The notes beneath the pieces were generated by a model, which searched no databases, had not been told where the DNA came from, and worked only from the letters and a program-made list of their open reading frames with translations. A program made the translations under genes and the position numbers. DNA of 64,000 nucleotides, taken from assembly GCA_031394895.1 (NCBI GenBank), contig JANNUE010000078.1, positions 3,807 to 67,806 on the forward strand. Direction: 5' to 3'. Positions 21,101-30,163 of this stretch are shown here, one piece after another. Source of the DNA: Betaproteobacteria bacterium. GTDB taxonomy: Bacteria; Pseudomonadota; Gammaproteobacteria; Burkholderiales; Burkholderiaceae_C. Positions within the stretch are counted from its first letter, which is position 1, and each line of letters starts with the position of its first letter.

Positions 21101-21279
21101 AACGCTGGGTCAACGCAGTGAATCGGTGGGGGCACTTGGGGCAATGGCAGTTCCTGGCGTGCCATGACCCGCAATTGCTCATGACCCAATTAGCGGTATT
21201 GTTGTCATCGCAGTCGCAAGCGACACCTTCAGCTGGTGCCCCTGCCCCTGGAAGTGGCGGCGCACAATGCACACCGTGA
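18109..21279 (+). CDS. res: Type III restriction endonuclease (Res; SF2 helicase + PD-(D/E)XK)
   Basis: FFCQLEAVET, MATGSGKT, DEGHH, SAT, MLSEGWD, QVVGRGLRR, YEPDF...VEVKG. Confidence 0.93.
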   Translation: MARSPQSKPTQSSAFNNAQGQLPIQPVDKPILCSPYVEPDLHWVYDQSTGIPTRTQGRRPASYWYKTERTGSAQQQLGFMAEEDRDDLPLVNALRADVRRWHDAQWAGASETSKTLLRHWWREDRLRRLFFCQLEAVETIIYLREMLAQGRVPRFKPELTLADHAALMAGQNPRPAEWVATVAQHPKLADLPNEAGARALTRYACKMATGSGKTVLMALLLAWAFCNRGRTPSDVRFPRRALVVCPNLTIKDRLNVLRPGDADNYFDKFDLVPTALRPDLAKGRVRVTNWHMFSPEAEELRVGGVTVGQLGPETPDAFARARLGELWDDEPLLVFNDEGHHAYRPAPVQAGDALNADERAEREEATVWVSGLDKINAACGVAFCVDLSATPFYLHGSGYPEGSPFPWIVSDFGLVDAIESGITKIPRLPAADNTGRPEPQFFKLWQHVTSNLTSGERLPGGKPKPEVVYRKAQAALLTLAGQWKQRLDQVAAAAPGQDRTPPVMIVVCDNTDIAEHFYRMISGEETVTVEADDEEGDDEDEAPRRRKKPKPVKRYGNGLSGFPEIWNRAGSEVTLRIDSNLLAAAESEDPNATRKEAAEELRRIVSSVGKPGGAGEHIRCVVSVNMLSEGWDANNVTHILGLRAFHSQLLCEQVVGRGLRRMDYTPDPATGRLTEEYVDVFGVPFSLIPFKGRTPGDPPPPDDRPKHEVMAMPERAAFEIRFPVVEGFVVDLGQHWIVCDVAAMERIKLDPVANPTAAFVRPQVGYAVGTPGQQTGFGFELVTREAYYQETHPQTIAFEIAREVVRLLTDTAHPASERLRRTGRAALFPQALTFTERYLNERVDYNGLHRCEVGLQVYAQRIVGLLLAAIRPDEEKGEPPLLPRLNRYKPTGSSGSVRFKTVKPVQATQASHLNFVAADTGSWEQAAATQLEMAAVQGLIQCYVRNDRMELTVPYEFYGQSRAYEPDFVVRLADGTHLLVEVKGAQPAEVAAKHQAAQRWVNAVNRWGHLGQWQFLACHDPQLLMTQLAVLLSSQSQATPSAGAPAPGSGGAQCTP

Positions 21280-21300
21280 TGTTGAAAGAGGGCTGATTCA

Positions 21301-23064
21301 ATGATTACTCAGTTAACGCTGCGCAACTTCAAAAGCATAGGCGAGCAAATCTACAAGTTCACTGATTTTGACCTTCTGGTTGGGCGCAACAACAGTGGTA
21401 AAAGTACGGTGCTTCAGTCGTTGGCGATCTGGCAGTTTTGCGTGGACGAGTTTCACCGTGCCAAGCGCAGCGGCAGCACCGGCATTCAAATCGTGTTGCC
21501 CAACTTCACTGCGTTGCCAGTGCCTCAGTTCAATCTGCTGTGGAAAGACCGAACCGAGCGCGTTTATCCAAAAGATAAGTCTGGTGCAAAGAAGCTTGAA
21601 TATATCTTGATCGAAATTCTGCTCGAGTGGAGCGAGCCCAGTGGTAAGAAACAGACTTTTGGGGTGGAGCTTCGCTATCACTCACCACAAACCATCTATG
21701 CAATTCCCGCTGGCGGATGGAAGGCATTCAGGGACTGCGAAAATAATGGACCGTTGCCGCGCATTGCCTACGTGCCGCCATTCTCCGGTCTGGAGCCTGC
21801 GGAAAAATGGCTGGATATGGCGCCCATTCGCCAGCAGGTTGGCAAAGGCCAGCCGGGCAGTGTGTTGCGCAATTTATTGCTCCACGTCTGGCAGCCGCCT
21901 ACCAATGGCGCAAGAGCGGAGGCTGGCAAGGTTGCCAAGGGCGTAACGGCACCTGCCGACTGGACCGAACTTGCCAGCGTGGTCAAACGATGGTTTTCGG
22001 TGGATTTGATTCCCCCGCAATATGACTCGGCCAAGGATGTGTACATCGGTGTGGAATACAAGCAGAACGGCAAAACCTATGACCTGATTTCTGGGGGCAG
22101 CGGTTTCCATCAAACCATGACCTTGCTGGCCTTCTTGTACGGCTACCGGCCCACCACCATCTTGCTGGATGAGCCCGACGCGCACTTGCATGTCAATTTG
22201 CAGAGGGAGCTTCTTGATTATTTCAAGAAAAAATCCGCCGAGAAGGGCGTGCAATTCTTGATCGCCACCCATGCCGAGGAGTTCGTCATAGGCGTGGATG
22301 CTCGGCAAATCATGTCACTGCTCAAGCAGGTGCCAACGCGCATCGAGTCAACGCCAGCAGTTCTGCGAGCGATGTCCGACGTGTCGAACGAAGATATTGC
22401 TCGCCTGGTTGGGGCGCCGTACATGGTGTACGTCGAGGGTGAGAGCGATGAACGCATTCTTCGCGGTTGGGCGGAGCAATGCGGTGCACTGCCGGTGATG
22501 GACAAGATTTGCTTCAAGGTGATGGGCGGGGGCAATAAGCAGGAGATGAAATCGCAGGCCGATGCGCATTTCACTGCGCTGAGTCAGGTTGTGTCGGGCG
22601 TAAAACGTTTGATGTTGTTTGACTACGACGATCCGGACAAGGCATTTACTCCAAAAGACAACAACCCCGTGCTGGCTGAGTGGAAGCGCAAAAACATCGA
22701 AAACTATTTGCTGGTGCCGTCTGCCTGGCGGCGTGTCGCGCTTCAACTGCTTGATAGTCCGGACGTTGATTTGATCACGCAACCGGTAGCGCACATGATC
22801 GACGCGTTCTTTGCCGAGCAGAACCTTACGCTGGCACCTGGGAAGACGTGGCGCACGGTTTCGGCCAACATTTTTGCGGTGCTGGACGGGAAACGCATTC
22901 TGTTTGAAAACGATGATTCACTGTTTCACAGCTTGCGCAAGGGCGAGCCCACAGTGCAGGTGCTGCGTGAACGTGTCGCAGCAGCCATGACCTCGGAGGA
23001 GATTCACGAGGATGTTCACCAATTTTTTGCCAAGTTGATCAGCATGGTGTTGCCGCCTTTGTGA
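21301..23064 (+). CDS. OLD-like ABC-ATPase fused to TOPRIM nuclease domain
   Basis: LRNFKS, Walker A GRNNSGKS, SGGSG, Walker B LLDEPD, ATH; TOPRIM VYVEGESD, DYD, KNIENY. Confidence 0.8.
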   Translation: MITQLTLRNFKSIGEQIYKFTDFDLLVGRNNSGKSTVLQSLAIWQFCVDEFHRAKRSGSTGIQIVLPNFTALPVPQFNLLWKDRTERVYPKDKSGAKKLEYILIEILLEWSEPSGKKQTFGVELRYHSPQTIYAIPAGGWKAFRDCENNGPLPRIAYVPPFSGLEPAEKWLDMAPIRQQVGKGQPGSVLRNLLLHVWQPPTNGARAEAGKVAKGVTAPADWTELASVVKRWFSVDLIPPQYDSAKDVYIGVEYKQNGKTYDLISGGSGFHQTMTLLAFLYGYRPTTILLDEPDAHLHVNLQRELLDYFKKKSAEKGVQFLIATHAEEFVIGVDARQIMSLLKQVPTRIESTPAVLRAMSDVSNEDIARLVGAPYMVYVEGESDERILRGWAEQCGALPVMDKICFKVMGGGNKQEMKSQADAHFTALSQVVSGVKRLMLFDYDDPDKAFTPKDNNPVLAEWKRKNIENYLLVPSAWRRVALQLLDSPDVDLITQPVAHMIDAFFAEQNLTLAPGKTWRTVSANIFAVLDGKRILFENDDSLFHSLRKGEPTVQVLRERVAAAMTSEEIHEDVHQFFAKLISMVLPPL

Positions 23065-23077
23065 AAGAGGTAATTGC

Positions 23078-23592
23078 ATGGCTTTGGATGCCGTCAAGGT
23101 CAAGAACTTTAAGGCGACGGTGCGTGACTCAGGGGCGGTCAAACGGGGCCCGTCACAGTCTTTGTGGGTGACCGGGTGAATGACTTGACTTTCTTGAATT
23201 TGAATCGCGTGCGGGTGGAGAGCACGTTTTACGAAGACCTACGCGAAAAGCTGCATGCCCTGGTGGGCGAAGAGCGCTTGACGGAGAACTTCGTGGTGCC
23301 TGGGCTTGGCAACGCGCGTGACTACCCTGTTGACTATTTTGTATCGGGAGGCGCGACACCCCTGTATTTGTTTGGCGTGCCGAACCGCGACAAGGCACGT
23401 CTGGCCACCATCATCTTGCAACACCTGAATGGCTCGGGACATGAGTTCAATTCAATGATCGTGTTTCAGAACATGGCGGATATGCCGAGGCATGACCTGA
23501 GTCGCCTGACCAACGCCGCCAACGACATGATTGATTCGCTGGATGCAACCGAGGACTTTCAGCGGAAACTTCTCAGGCGCGTGAACACCTGA
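23078..23592 (+). pseudogene. Chimeric remnant: AAA-ATPase 5' stub joined to the C-terminal half of a DUF1828/DUF1829-like protein
   Basis: RBS + ATG gives MALDAVKVKNFKA..DSG..GP, then frameshifted VTVFVG; followed by DLTFL..RVESTFYEDL...YPVDY...PLYLFGVPNRDKARLATI. Confidence 0.6.
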
Positions 23593-23766
23593 AGAACCAG
23601 CAGTTCTTTATCTTTGGGCCTGGATAATGAAATTGAAAATCGAGAAAAATCCTTTATTTTCAACGAGTTGCTAAGACCGTTATTATCTTTTGCTGGTTAA
23701 ATAGCCAGCCCTCTGACGATTCAATCTTCTCTGTCCTGAAATAAGGAAGTGTGGCGTCGCTGGGCC

Positions 23767-23819
23767 TTGCCAAACAGAGTTCTGGTGTTATATTTGTGTT
23801 TGTACACATAAACACATAA
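23767..23819 (+). promoter_or_regulatory. Promoter/operator of the RHH-PIN TA pair
   Basis: TTGCCA-N16-TATATT with extended TG; inverted TGTGTTT/AAACACA and tandem ACACATAA x2. Confidence 0.6.
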
Positions 23820-23825
23820 CTTTTC

Positions 23826-24161
23826 ATGGTACCCACATCCTCTTCCTCGTCAACCCGCTGGAATTTGGTGATCTCCGAGCAAACCAATCTGGCGGTGCGC
23901 AGTTTTCTGGCCCAGCGAGGGTTCAAAAAAGGCGATCTGTCATCGTTTGTCGAGGAGGCGGTTCGGTGGCGCGTGTTTGACCAGATCGTGAGTCAAGCCC
24001 GGGAAGGCTTTGAAGGCCTGACGGCGCGGGACGCCGAAGGTCTGCTGGATGAGGCGCTGTCTGAAGTCCGCGCGCAGGGGCTTGCCAATGGCATGTATGC
24101 CCCCTTCGAGTCGTCAACTCCGCCCAGGGTGATGGAGTCTGCCCCCAGAAAACCGGTCTAG
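23826..24161 (+). CDS. Ribbon-helix-helix antitoxin
   Basis: TRWNLVISEQTNLAVRSFLAQRGFKKGDLSSFVEEAV RHH pattern; directly upstream of the PIN gene. Confidence 0.8.
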   Translation: MVPTSSSSSTRWNLVISEQTNLAVRSFLAQRGFKKGDLSSFVEEAVRWRVFDQIVSQAREGFEGLTARDAEGLLDEALSEVRAQGLANGMYAPFESSTPPRVMESAPRKPV

Positions 24162-24168
24162 GGACTGC

Positions 24169-24585
24169 ATGCGGGTCGTTCTGGATACCAACGTGCTTAT
24201 CAGCGCGCTGTTGAGCACTCGCTCCATTTCGGCGCAGTTGGTCACGGTATGGCGGCGTGGCGCGTTCCAGTTGCTGACCTGCGATTTGCAGTTGCAGGAA
24301 ATGCGTGCCGTGACACGTCGCGAAAAGGTTCGAGCGCTCATCCGCCCGGCGCTGGCGGGTGAATTGATCAACCAACTGCGCGGCATGGCGCTAAGGGTCG
24401 ACGCATTGCCCCACGTCGATCGCTCGGTGGACCCGTTTGACAATTTCCTGCTCGCCATGGCTGAAGGCGGACAAGCCGACATATTGGTCTCGGGCGACAA
24501 ACGTGGCGTGCTGGCCTTACAGACTCACGGGGCCTGCCGCATCGTTACGGTGCGGCAACTTGTCAGTGAATTGGGCCTGACGTGA
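24169..24585 (+). CDS. PIN-domain (VapC-like) toxin
   Basis: MRVVLDTNVLISA, DPFDNFLL, LVSGDK. Confidence 0.9.
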   Translation: MRVVLDTNVLISALLSTRSISAQLVTVWRRGAFQLLTCDLQLQEMRAVTRREKVRALIRPALAGELINQLRGMALRVDALPHVDRSVDPFDNFLLAMAEGGQADILVSGDKRGVLALQTHGACRIVTVRQLVSELGLT

Positions 24586-24606
24586 TGAACTGGCGCATGG
24601 GCAAAC

Positions 24607-26853
24607 TCAAACTAACGCCTTCACCTTGAGCCGCCAGCCATGCAGCAGCGGCTCGGTGTAGCCGCTGGGTTGCGTCAGCCCCTTGAACACCAGATCGGTT
24701 GCTGCCATGTAGGCCATCGACGTTTTGAAGTTGCCGGCCATCTTTTTGTACAGCGGGTCGCCGCCGTTTTGTTGGTCCACCACGGCCGCCATGCGCTCAA
24801 ACGTGGCTGTGACCTGCGCCTTGCTGACGACGCCGTGCAGCAGCCAGTTGGCGATGTGCTGGCTGCTGATGCGCAGCGTGGCGCGGTCTTCCATCAGCGC
24901 GATGTTGTGGATGTCGGGCACCTTGGAGCAGCCCACGCCCTGATCGACCCAGCGCACCACATAGCCCAGAATGCCCTGCGCGTTGTTGTCGAGTTCCTGC
25001 TGCTTCTCGGCCGCGCTCCAGTTCGGTGTGGCGGTGACCGGAACGTGCAGCAAGCCGGTTAGCAGCGCATCGTGTTCCTGCTGCGGATCGCGCTGCGCGT
25101 GAATTCTTTCGAGTTCCTTTTGCACATCGCTGACCAGCACCTGGTGGTAGTGCAGCGCGTGCAGCGTGGCGCCGGTCGGGCTTGGCACCCATGCAGTGTT
25201 GGCGCCGGCCAGCGGGTGCGCAATCTTTTGCTGCAGCATGGCGCGCATCAAATCTGGCATGGCCCACATGCCCTTGCCGATTTGTGCCTTGCCGCGCAGG
25301 CCGCAGGCCAAGCCGACCAGCACATTGTTGTGCTCGTAGGCGTGGATCCAGGCGCTGGACTTCATGTCGCCCTTGCGAATCATGGGGCCGGCTTGCATTG
25401 CGCTGTGCATCTCGTCGCCGGTGCGGTCCAGAAAACCGGTGTTGATGAAGGCGACGCGGCTGCGCGCCGCAGCGATGCAGGCTTTGAGGTTGACGCTGGT
25501 GCGGCGTTCCTCGTCCATGATGCCAAGCTTGACGGTGCTGTCGGGCAATTCCAGCATTTTCTCGACACGGCCAAACAGCTCGTTGGCAAAAGCCACTTCC
25601 GCCGGTCCGTGCATTTTTGGTTTGACGATATAGATCGACCCTTTGCGCGAGTTGCGCAGGCCGCCTTTGGCCTTGCGCTTCAGGTCGTGCAGCGCAATCG
25701 TGGTGGTCAGCACGGCGTCCAGAATGCCTTCCGGAATTTCGCGCGTCACCCCCTGCGCGTCGGTGTACACAATGGCCGGGTTCGTCATCAGGTGGCCGAC
25801 ATTGCGCACAAACAGCAGCGAGCGACCGTGCAGTCTGACTGCTTTGCCTTTGCCGGACGGCGGTGTGTAAACACGGTCCGGGTTCAGGCCGCGCGTGAAC
25901 GTCTGGCTGCCCTTGCTCACCTCCTCGGTCAGCGTGCCTTGCAAGATTCCCAGCCAGTTGCTGTAGGCCAGCACCTTGTCCTGCGCATCGACCGCCGCGA
26001 TCGAGTCTTCCAGGTCGAGGATGGTCGAGAGCGCCGCTTCCAGCACCAGGTCGCAAACGCCGGCCGGGTCGCTGGCGCCAATCGGTGTGCCGCGGTTGAT
26101 CTGAATGTCGAGATGCAGGCCGTTGTGTTGCAACAGCACGCTAGCCGGCGCCTTGGCGTCGCCCTGGTAGCCGATGAACTGGCTGGCGTGTTGCAGCCGG
26201 GTGCTGCTACCGTCGCTGAGCTTGACGCCCAGCTTGCCGTCCTTCACGCGGTAAGCGACCGAGTCCAGGTGCGAGCCACGGCGCAGCGGCGCCGTGCGGT
26301 CCAGCACATGACGCGCATATTCGATCACCCTGGCTCCGCGTTTCGGGTTGTAACCCTTGCCCTTTTCGCAGCCATCGGTCTCGGCAATGACGTCGGTGCC
26401 ATATAGCGCGTCATACAGGCTACCCCAGCGTGAATTGGCGGCGTTGAGCGCATAGCGCGCGTTGAGTATTGGCACCACCAGTTGTGGGCCGGCCTGCAGC
26501 GCCAACTCGGCGTCCACCCGTTTCGTGCTGATGCGCACTTTTGTTGGTTGCGGCACGAGGTAGCCGATGCGCTCCAGAAAGGCGCGGTAGTTCGTCATGT
26601 CTGAGGGCTTGGAAGGATCACCTGCGGTGATGGGCCCCGGGTGCGCGCTGTGCCAACGGTCGAGCTCGGCTTGCAGGCGCTCGCGCTCGGCCAGCAGCGC
26701 GATGTTCTTCGGCGCCAGATCGGCCACGATGGCGTCAAAGCCGCGCCAGAAGCGGTCGCTTTTGATGCCGCTGCCGGGCAGAACGTTATCTTCAATGAAC
26801 TGATGCAGCTTAGGCGCGACGCGCAGGCGGTGGCAGGAGATTCGTGCGTTCAT
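24607..26853 (-). CDS. glcB: Malate synthase G
   Basis: [56 protein letters not shown]. Confidence 0.97.
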   Translation of the reverse strand: MNARISCHRLRVAPKLHQFIEDNVLPGSGIKSDRFWRGFDAIVADLAPKNIALLAERERLQAELDRWHSAHPGPITAGDPSKPSDMTNYRAFLERIGYLVPQPTKVRISTKRVDAELALQAGPQLVVPILNARYALNAANSRWGSLYDALYGTDVIAETDGCEKGKGYNPKRGARVIEYARHVLDRTAPLRRGSHLDSVAYRVKDGKLGVKLSDGSSTRLQHASQFIGYQGDAKAPASVLLQHNGLHLDIQINRGTPIGASDPAGVCDLVLEAALSTILDLEDSIAAVDAQDKVLAYSNWLGILQGTLTEEVSKGSQTFTRGLNPDRVYTPPSGKGKAVRLHGRSLLFVRNVGHLMTNPAIVYTDAQGVTREIPEGILDAVLTTTIALHDLKRKAKGGLRNSRKGSIYIVKPKMHGPAEVAFANELFGRVEKMLELPDSTVKLGIMDEERRTSVNLKACIAAARSRVAFINTGFLDRTGDEMHSAMQAGPMIRKGDMKSSAWIHAYEHNNVLVGLACGLRGKAQIGKGMWAMPDLMRAMLQQKIAHPLAGANTAWVPSPTGATLHALHYHQVLVSDVQKELERIHAQRDPQQEHDALLTGLLHVPVTATPNWSAAEKQQELDNNAQGILGYVVRWVDQGVGCSKVPDIHNIALMEDRATLRISSQHIANWLLHGVVSKAQVTATFERMAAVVDQQNGGDPLYKKMAGNFKTSMAYMAATDLVFKGLTQPSGYTEPLLHGWRLKVKALV

Positions 26854-26896
26854 GGTGTGGACCTTCAATGCGCAGGGGAGGTTAAGAGAATCTTGC

Positions 26897-26996
26897 GTAG
26901 GTCGTGTTAGCCCGCAGGGCGTAACGCGACATGATGGTGGTGCTTGTCGGGTTACGCCTTCGGCTAACCCGACCTACAAAACTAACCCGACCTGCA
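26897..26996. repeat. GTAG-type REP inverted doublet plus a partial third unit
   Basis: GTAGGTCGTGTTAGCCCGCAGGGCGTAACGCGACA ... TGTCGGGTTACGCCTTCGGCTAACCCGACCTAC, then CTAACCCGACCTGCA. Confidence 0.8.
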
Positions 26997-27005
26997 AAGC
27001 TGGTG

Positions 27006-27068
27006 GTCATCGCGAGCCCGCAGGGTGTGGCGATCCATGGTGGATTGCCATGCTGCGCTCGCAATGAC
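27006..27068. repeat. CGTC-type REP doublet
   Basis: GTCATCGCGAG...TGGCGATCCA/TGGATTGCCA...CTCGCAATGAC. Confidence 0.8.
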
Positions 27069-27080
27069 GTAAGAGATGCT

Positions 27081-27863
27081 TCACGCATAGCTGTGATCGC
27101 CAGGAAAGAAGTCGAGCACAGCGCGCAGTGTGTTGCCGGCGCGCGTTGGTTGCGTGCCCAGTTCTTCAAACGGCAACTGGTAGCGGTTCACCCACAGCGT
27201 CTGGTAACCGTACCAGGTGGCGGCCAGCGCGTCCCAGGCGTTGCTGCTGACAAAGACGATTTGCTTTGCTGCCAATCCGGTGGCCTGTTCGCCCAAGCCA
27301 TAGGCGGCGGGGTCGGTCTTGTATTTGCGAATCGGATCGACGCTGATCACATGGTCGAGCAGCGTCTCCAGCCCGGCCGACTTGACGGCCAGTTGCAGCA
27401 TGGCGGCGTCGCCGTTGCTCAGGATGCCGGTGGCGATGCCGCGCGCCTTGAGTTCACTGAGCACTTGCCGGTTTTCGGGGAACGCGCTCAGGTGCCGGTA
27501 CTGGTTCATCAGGCGTTCGATCTGCGCGCCAAACTGGCGCTCGAACTGCTCGTCGCTGCGCGTTGCATCGGTGCCAGCCACCAGTCTCTTCACGGCATAT
27601 ACCAGCGCGGCGCGTGTCAGTTGCCAAAACGGCTGGTAGTGCGCGCCGTGGTTGCTGGTAGTCACCAGCCGCGTGTACTCGATCTGCTTGTCGCGCCACA
27701 GCACGCTCAAGGCCTGGCCGTGGCCGGCAAACAGTTGCTCGGCCAGCAGCGCGACGCTGTAAACATCGAACAGCGTGCCGTAGGCGTCGAACAGCACGGC
27801 ACGCGGCAGTTCCCGCTTCGGTGCTCTGGATTTTTCGGTCAAAGGGGCTCGGGCTTTTGGCAT
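27081..27863 (-). CDS. Haloacid dehalogenase type II
   Basis: FDAYGTLFDV, WRDKQIEY, LSNG, YKTDP, VSSNAWD. Confidence 0.93.
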   Translation of the reverse strand: MPKARAPLTEKSRAPKRELPRAVLFDAYGTLFDVYSVALLAEQLFAGHGQALSVLWRDKQIEYTRLVTTSNHGAHYQPFWQLTRAALVYAVKRLVAGTDATRSDEQFERQFGAQIERLMNQYRHLSAFPENRQVLSELKARGIATGILSNGDAAMLQLAVKSAGLETLLDHVISVDPIRKYKTDPAAYGLGEQATGLAAKQIVFVSSNAWDALAATWYGYQTLWVNRYQLPFEELGTQPTRAGNTLRAVLDFFPGDHSYA

Positions 27864-28008
27864 GGCCCTACTTTATTCGATACAGTTACACCGATTAACC
27901 TAGAATAAATCTCTTTATCTGTGATAAAAATAGATGTAATTATCTCCGTATAAGCCGTTCACTGGGCCCTGCAACGCATCCCTAGAATCGGCGTTACGGA
28001 CAACAACA

Positions 28009-29235
28009 ATGAACAAAGCGAGCCTCATGAACCGATCCGTTGATAGAGTCCCTGCGTTGCCGCTGACCGGGCTGCGCGTCGTTGAATTCACCCACATGGT
28101 GATGGGGCCGACCTGCGGCATGGTGCTGGCCGACATGGGCGCCGAGGTGATCAAGGTCGAGCCGATAGCGGGCGACCGCACGCGCCATCTGCTGGGTGCC
28201 GGTGCCGGTTTCTTCCCACTGTTCAACCGCAACAAGAAGAGCATTGCAATCGATCTGCACAACCCGGCCGGCGCCGAAGTGGCGCGCAAACTGGCCGCCA
28301 GCGCCGATGTCGTAGCGGAGAATTTCAAGCCCGGCACGATGGCTAAATATGGGCTCGATTACGCCGCGCTGTCGCAGGCCAACGAGCGACTGATCTTTGT
28401 GAGCCACAAGGGGTTCTTGCCCGGTCCCTACGAGCACCGCACGGCGCTCGACGAGGTGGTGCAGATGATGGGTGGTCTGGCCTACATGACGGGCCGCCCG
28501 GGCGACCCGCTGCGCGCCGGCTCCAGCGTGAACGACATCATGGGTGGCATGTTCGGCGCGATTGGTGCGCTCGGCGCGCTGATCCAGCGCGGTATCACCG
28601 GCAAGGGGCAGGAGGTGCAAAGCGCGCTGTTCGAGAACAACGTGTTCCTCGTTGGTCAGCACATGTTGCAGTACGCCATTACCGGCATGCCGGCGGCGCC
28701 GATGCCGGACCGCATTTCGTCGTGGGCCGTTTATGACGTGTTCACGGTGCAGGGTGGCGAGCAGATTTTTCTGGCCGCAGTCAGCGATGCGCAATGGGCC
28801 ACGTTTTGTGCGGTGCTCGGTTTTGCCGATCTGAAGGCCGACCCGCAATACGCCAGCAACAACCAGCGTGTGCTGGCGCGCGCCACGCTGCTGCCGGCAC
28901 TGCGACAACGCCTGGCAACGCGCAGCGCGGCCGAATTGACGTTGATCTTCGAGCAGGCCGGATTGCCGTTTGCGCCGATCCGCCGGCCCGAGGAGCTCTA
29001 TGACGACGAGCACCTGCTGGCCACCGGCGGACTGGCCGACATCACGCTGCCCGACGGCGAGCGGGCCGGCAGCACGGCCAAGACTACCTTGTTCCCGTTC
29101 ACGATGGACGGCCAGCGTCTGGGTGTGCGCCTGCAGCCGCCGACGATGGGACAGCACACGGCGCAGGTGTTGAGCGACCTCGGCTACAGCGCTGCCGCGA
29201 TTGAAGATCTGTTGGCGACGCGCGCAGTGGCATGA
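28009..29235 (+). CDS. CaiB/BaiF family III CoA-transferase
   Basis: LADMGAEVIKVEP, NRNKKS, ENFKPG. Confidence 0.93.
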   Translation: MNKASLMNRSVDRVPALPLTGLRVVEFTHMVMGPTCGMVLADMGAEVIKVEPIAGDRTRHLLGAGAGFFPLFNRNKKSIAIDLHNPAGAEVARKLAASADVVAENFKPGTMAKYGLDYAALSQANERLIFVSHKGFLPGPYEHRTALDEVVQMMGGLAYMTGRPGDPLRAGSSVNDIMGGMFGAIGALGALIQRGITGKGQEVQSALFENNVFLVGQHMLQYAITGMPAAPMPDRISSWAVYDVFTVQGGEQIFLAAVSDAQWATFCAVLGFADLKADPQYASNNQRVLARATLLPALRQRLATRSAAELTLIFEQAGLPFAPIRRPEELYDDEHLLATGGLADITLPDGERAGSTAKTTLFPFTMDGQRLGVRLQPPTMGQHTAQVLSDLGYSAAAIEDLLATRAVA

Positions 29236-29242
29236 TGCAAGC

Positions 29243-30163
29243 GTGGACAAGCTCAAGCAACTCGAATCCTTTGTCTCGGTCGCGGCGCGTGGCAGCCTGA
29301 GCGCCGCTGCGCGCGCCGAAGGCGTGGCGCCGGCGATCATGGGGCGCCGGCTCGACGCGCTGGAGCAGCGCCTGGGCGTCAAGCTGCTGCTGCGCAGCAC
29401 GCGGCGCATTGCGCTCACGCACGAAGGCAGCGCCTTTCTGGAAGACTGCCAGCGCGTGCTGGCCGAGCTCGCCAGCGCCGAGGCCAGTGTCTCGGCCGGC
29501 GGCGTCAAGGCCAGCGGCCACCTGCGCGTGACGGCGCCGGCCGGCTTCGGGCGGCGCCACGTGGCGCCGCTGGTGCCACGCTTTCGCGAACTGCACGCCG
29601 ACGTCAGCATTGCATTGAACTTGAGCGACCGCGTTGTCGATCTGGCCGGCGAAGGCTTTGACTGCGCGGTGCGCGTCGGCGACATGCCCGACTCCTCGCT
29701 GGTCAGCACGCGCCTGGCCGACAACCGCCGGCTGTGCGTGGCGACGCCGCGCTACCTTCAGCAGCACGGCACACCGGCGCACCCAGCCGATCTGGCGCGC
29801 TTTGATTGCCTGACGTTGTCCAGTGATGGGTCGCAAACGCGCGGCTGGTCGTTCCAGATGCCCAAGGGCGCCGGCAGCGAGATCGTTTATCTCAAGCCGG
29901 CCGGACCGCTGAGCTGCTCGGACGGCCAGGTGCTGCATGACTGGTGTCTGGCCGGCTATGGCATTGCCTGGCGCAGCACCTGGGAGGTAGAGGCCGAGGT
30001 GGCGGCCGGCACGCTGGTCGCCGTGCTGGAGCAGTTTGCCGCGCCGCCGAACGGCATTTACGCGGTGTTTCCGCACGCCAAGCATTTGCCGCTGCGCGTG
30101 CGCTTGTGGATTGATTTCCTCAAGCACCACTACGCGCAGCCCGGTTTCTGGCGGGATCCATGA
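29243..30163 (+). CDS. LysR-family transcriptional regulator
   Basis: GTG start giving MDKLKQLESFV; GSLSAAAR, LEQRLGVKLLLRSTR, GFDCAVR. Confidence 0.93.
   Translation: MDKLKQLESFVSVAARGSLSAAARAEGVAPAIMGRRLDALEQRLGVKLLLRSTRRIALTHEGSAFLEDCQRVLAELASAEASVSAGGVKASGHLRVTAPAGFGRRHVAPLVPRFRELHADVSIALNLSDRVVDLAGEGFDCAVRVGDMPDSSLVSTRLADNRRLCVATPRYLQQHGTPAHPADLARFDCLTLSSDGSQTRGWSFQMPKGAGSEIVYLKPAGPLSCSDGQVLHDWCLAGYGIAWRSTWEVEAEVAAGTLVAVLEQFAAPPNGIYAVFPHAKHLPLRVRLWIDFLKHHYAQPGFWRDP

Noticed and set aside
21283-23070. TGAAAGAGG repeated on both sides of the OLD-like gene as a possible target-site duplication
   Set aside because: Only 9 bp, and it coincides with ribosome-binding sites of the following starts
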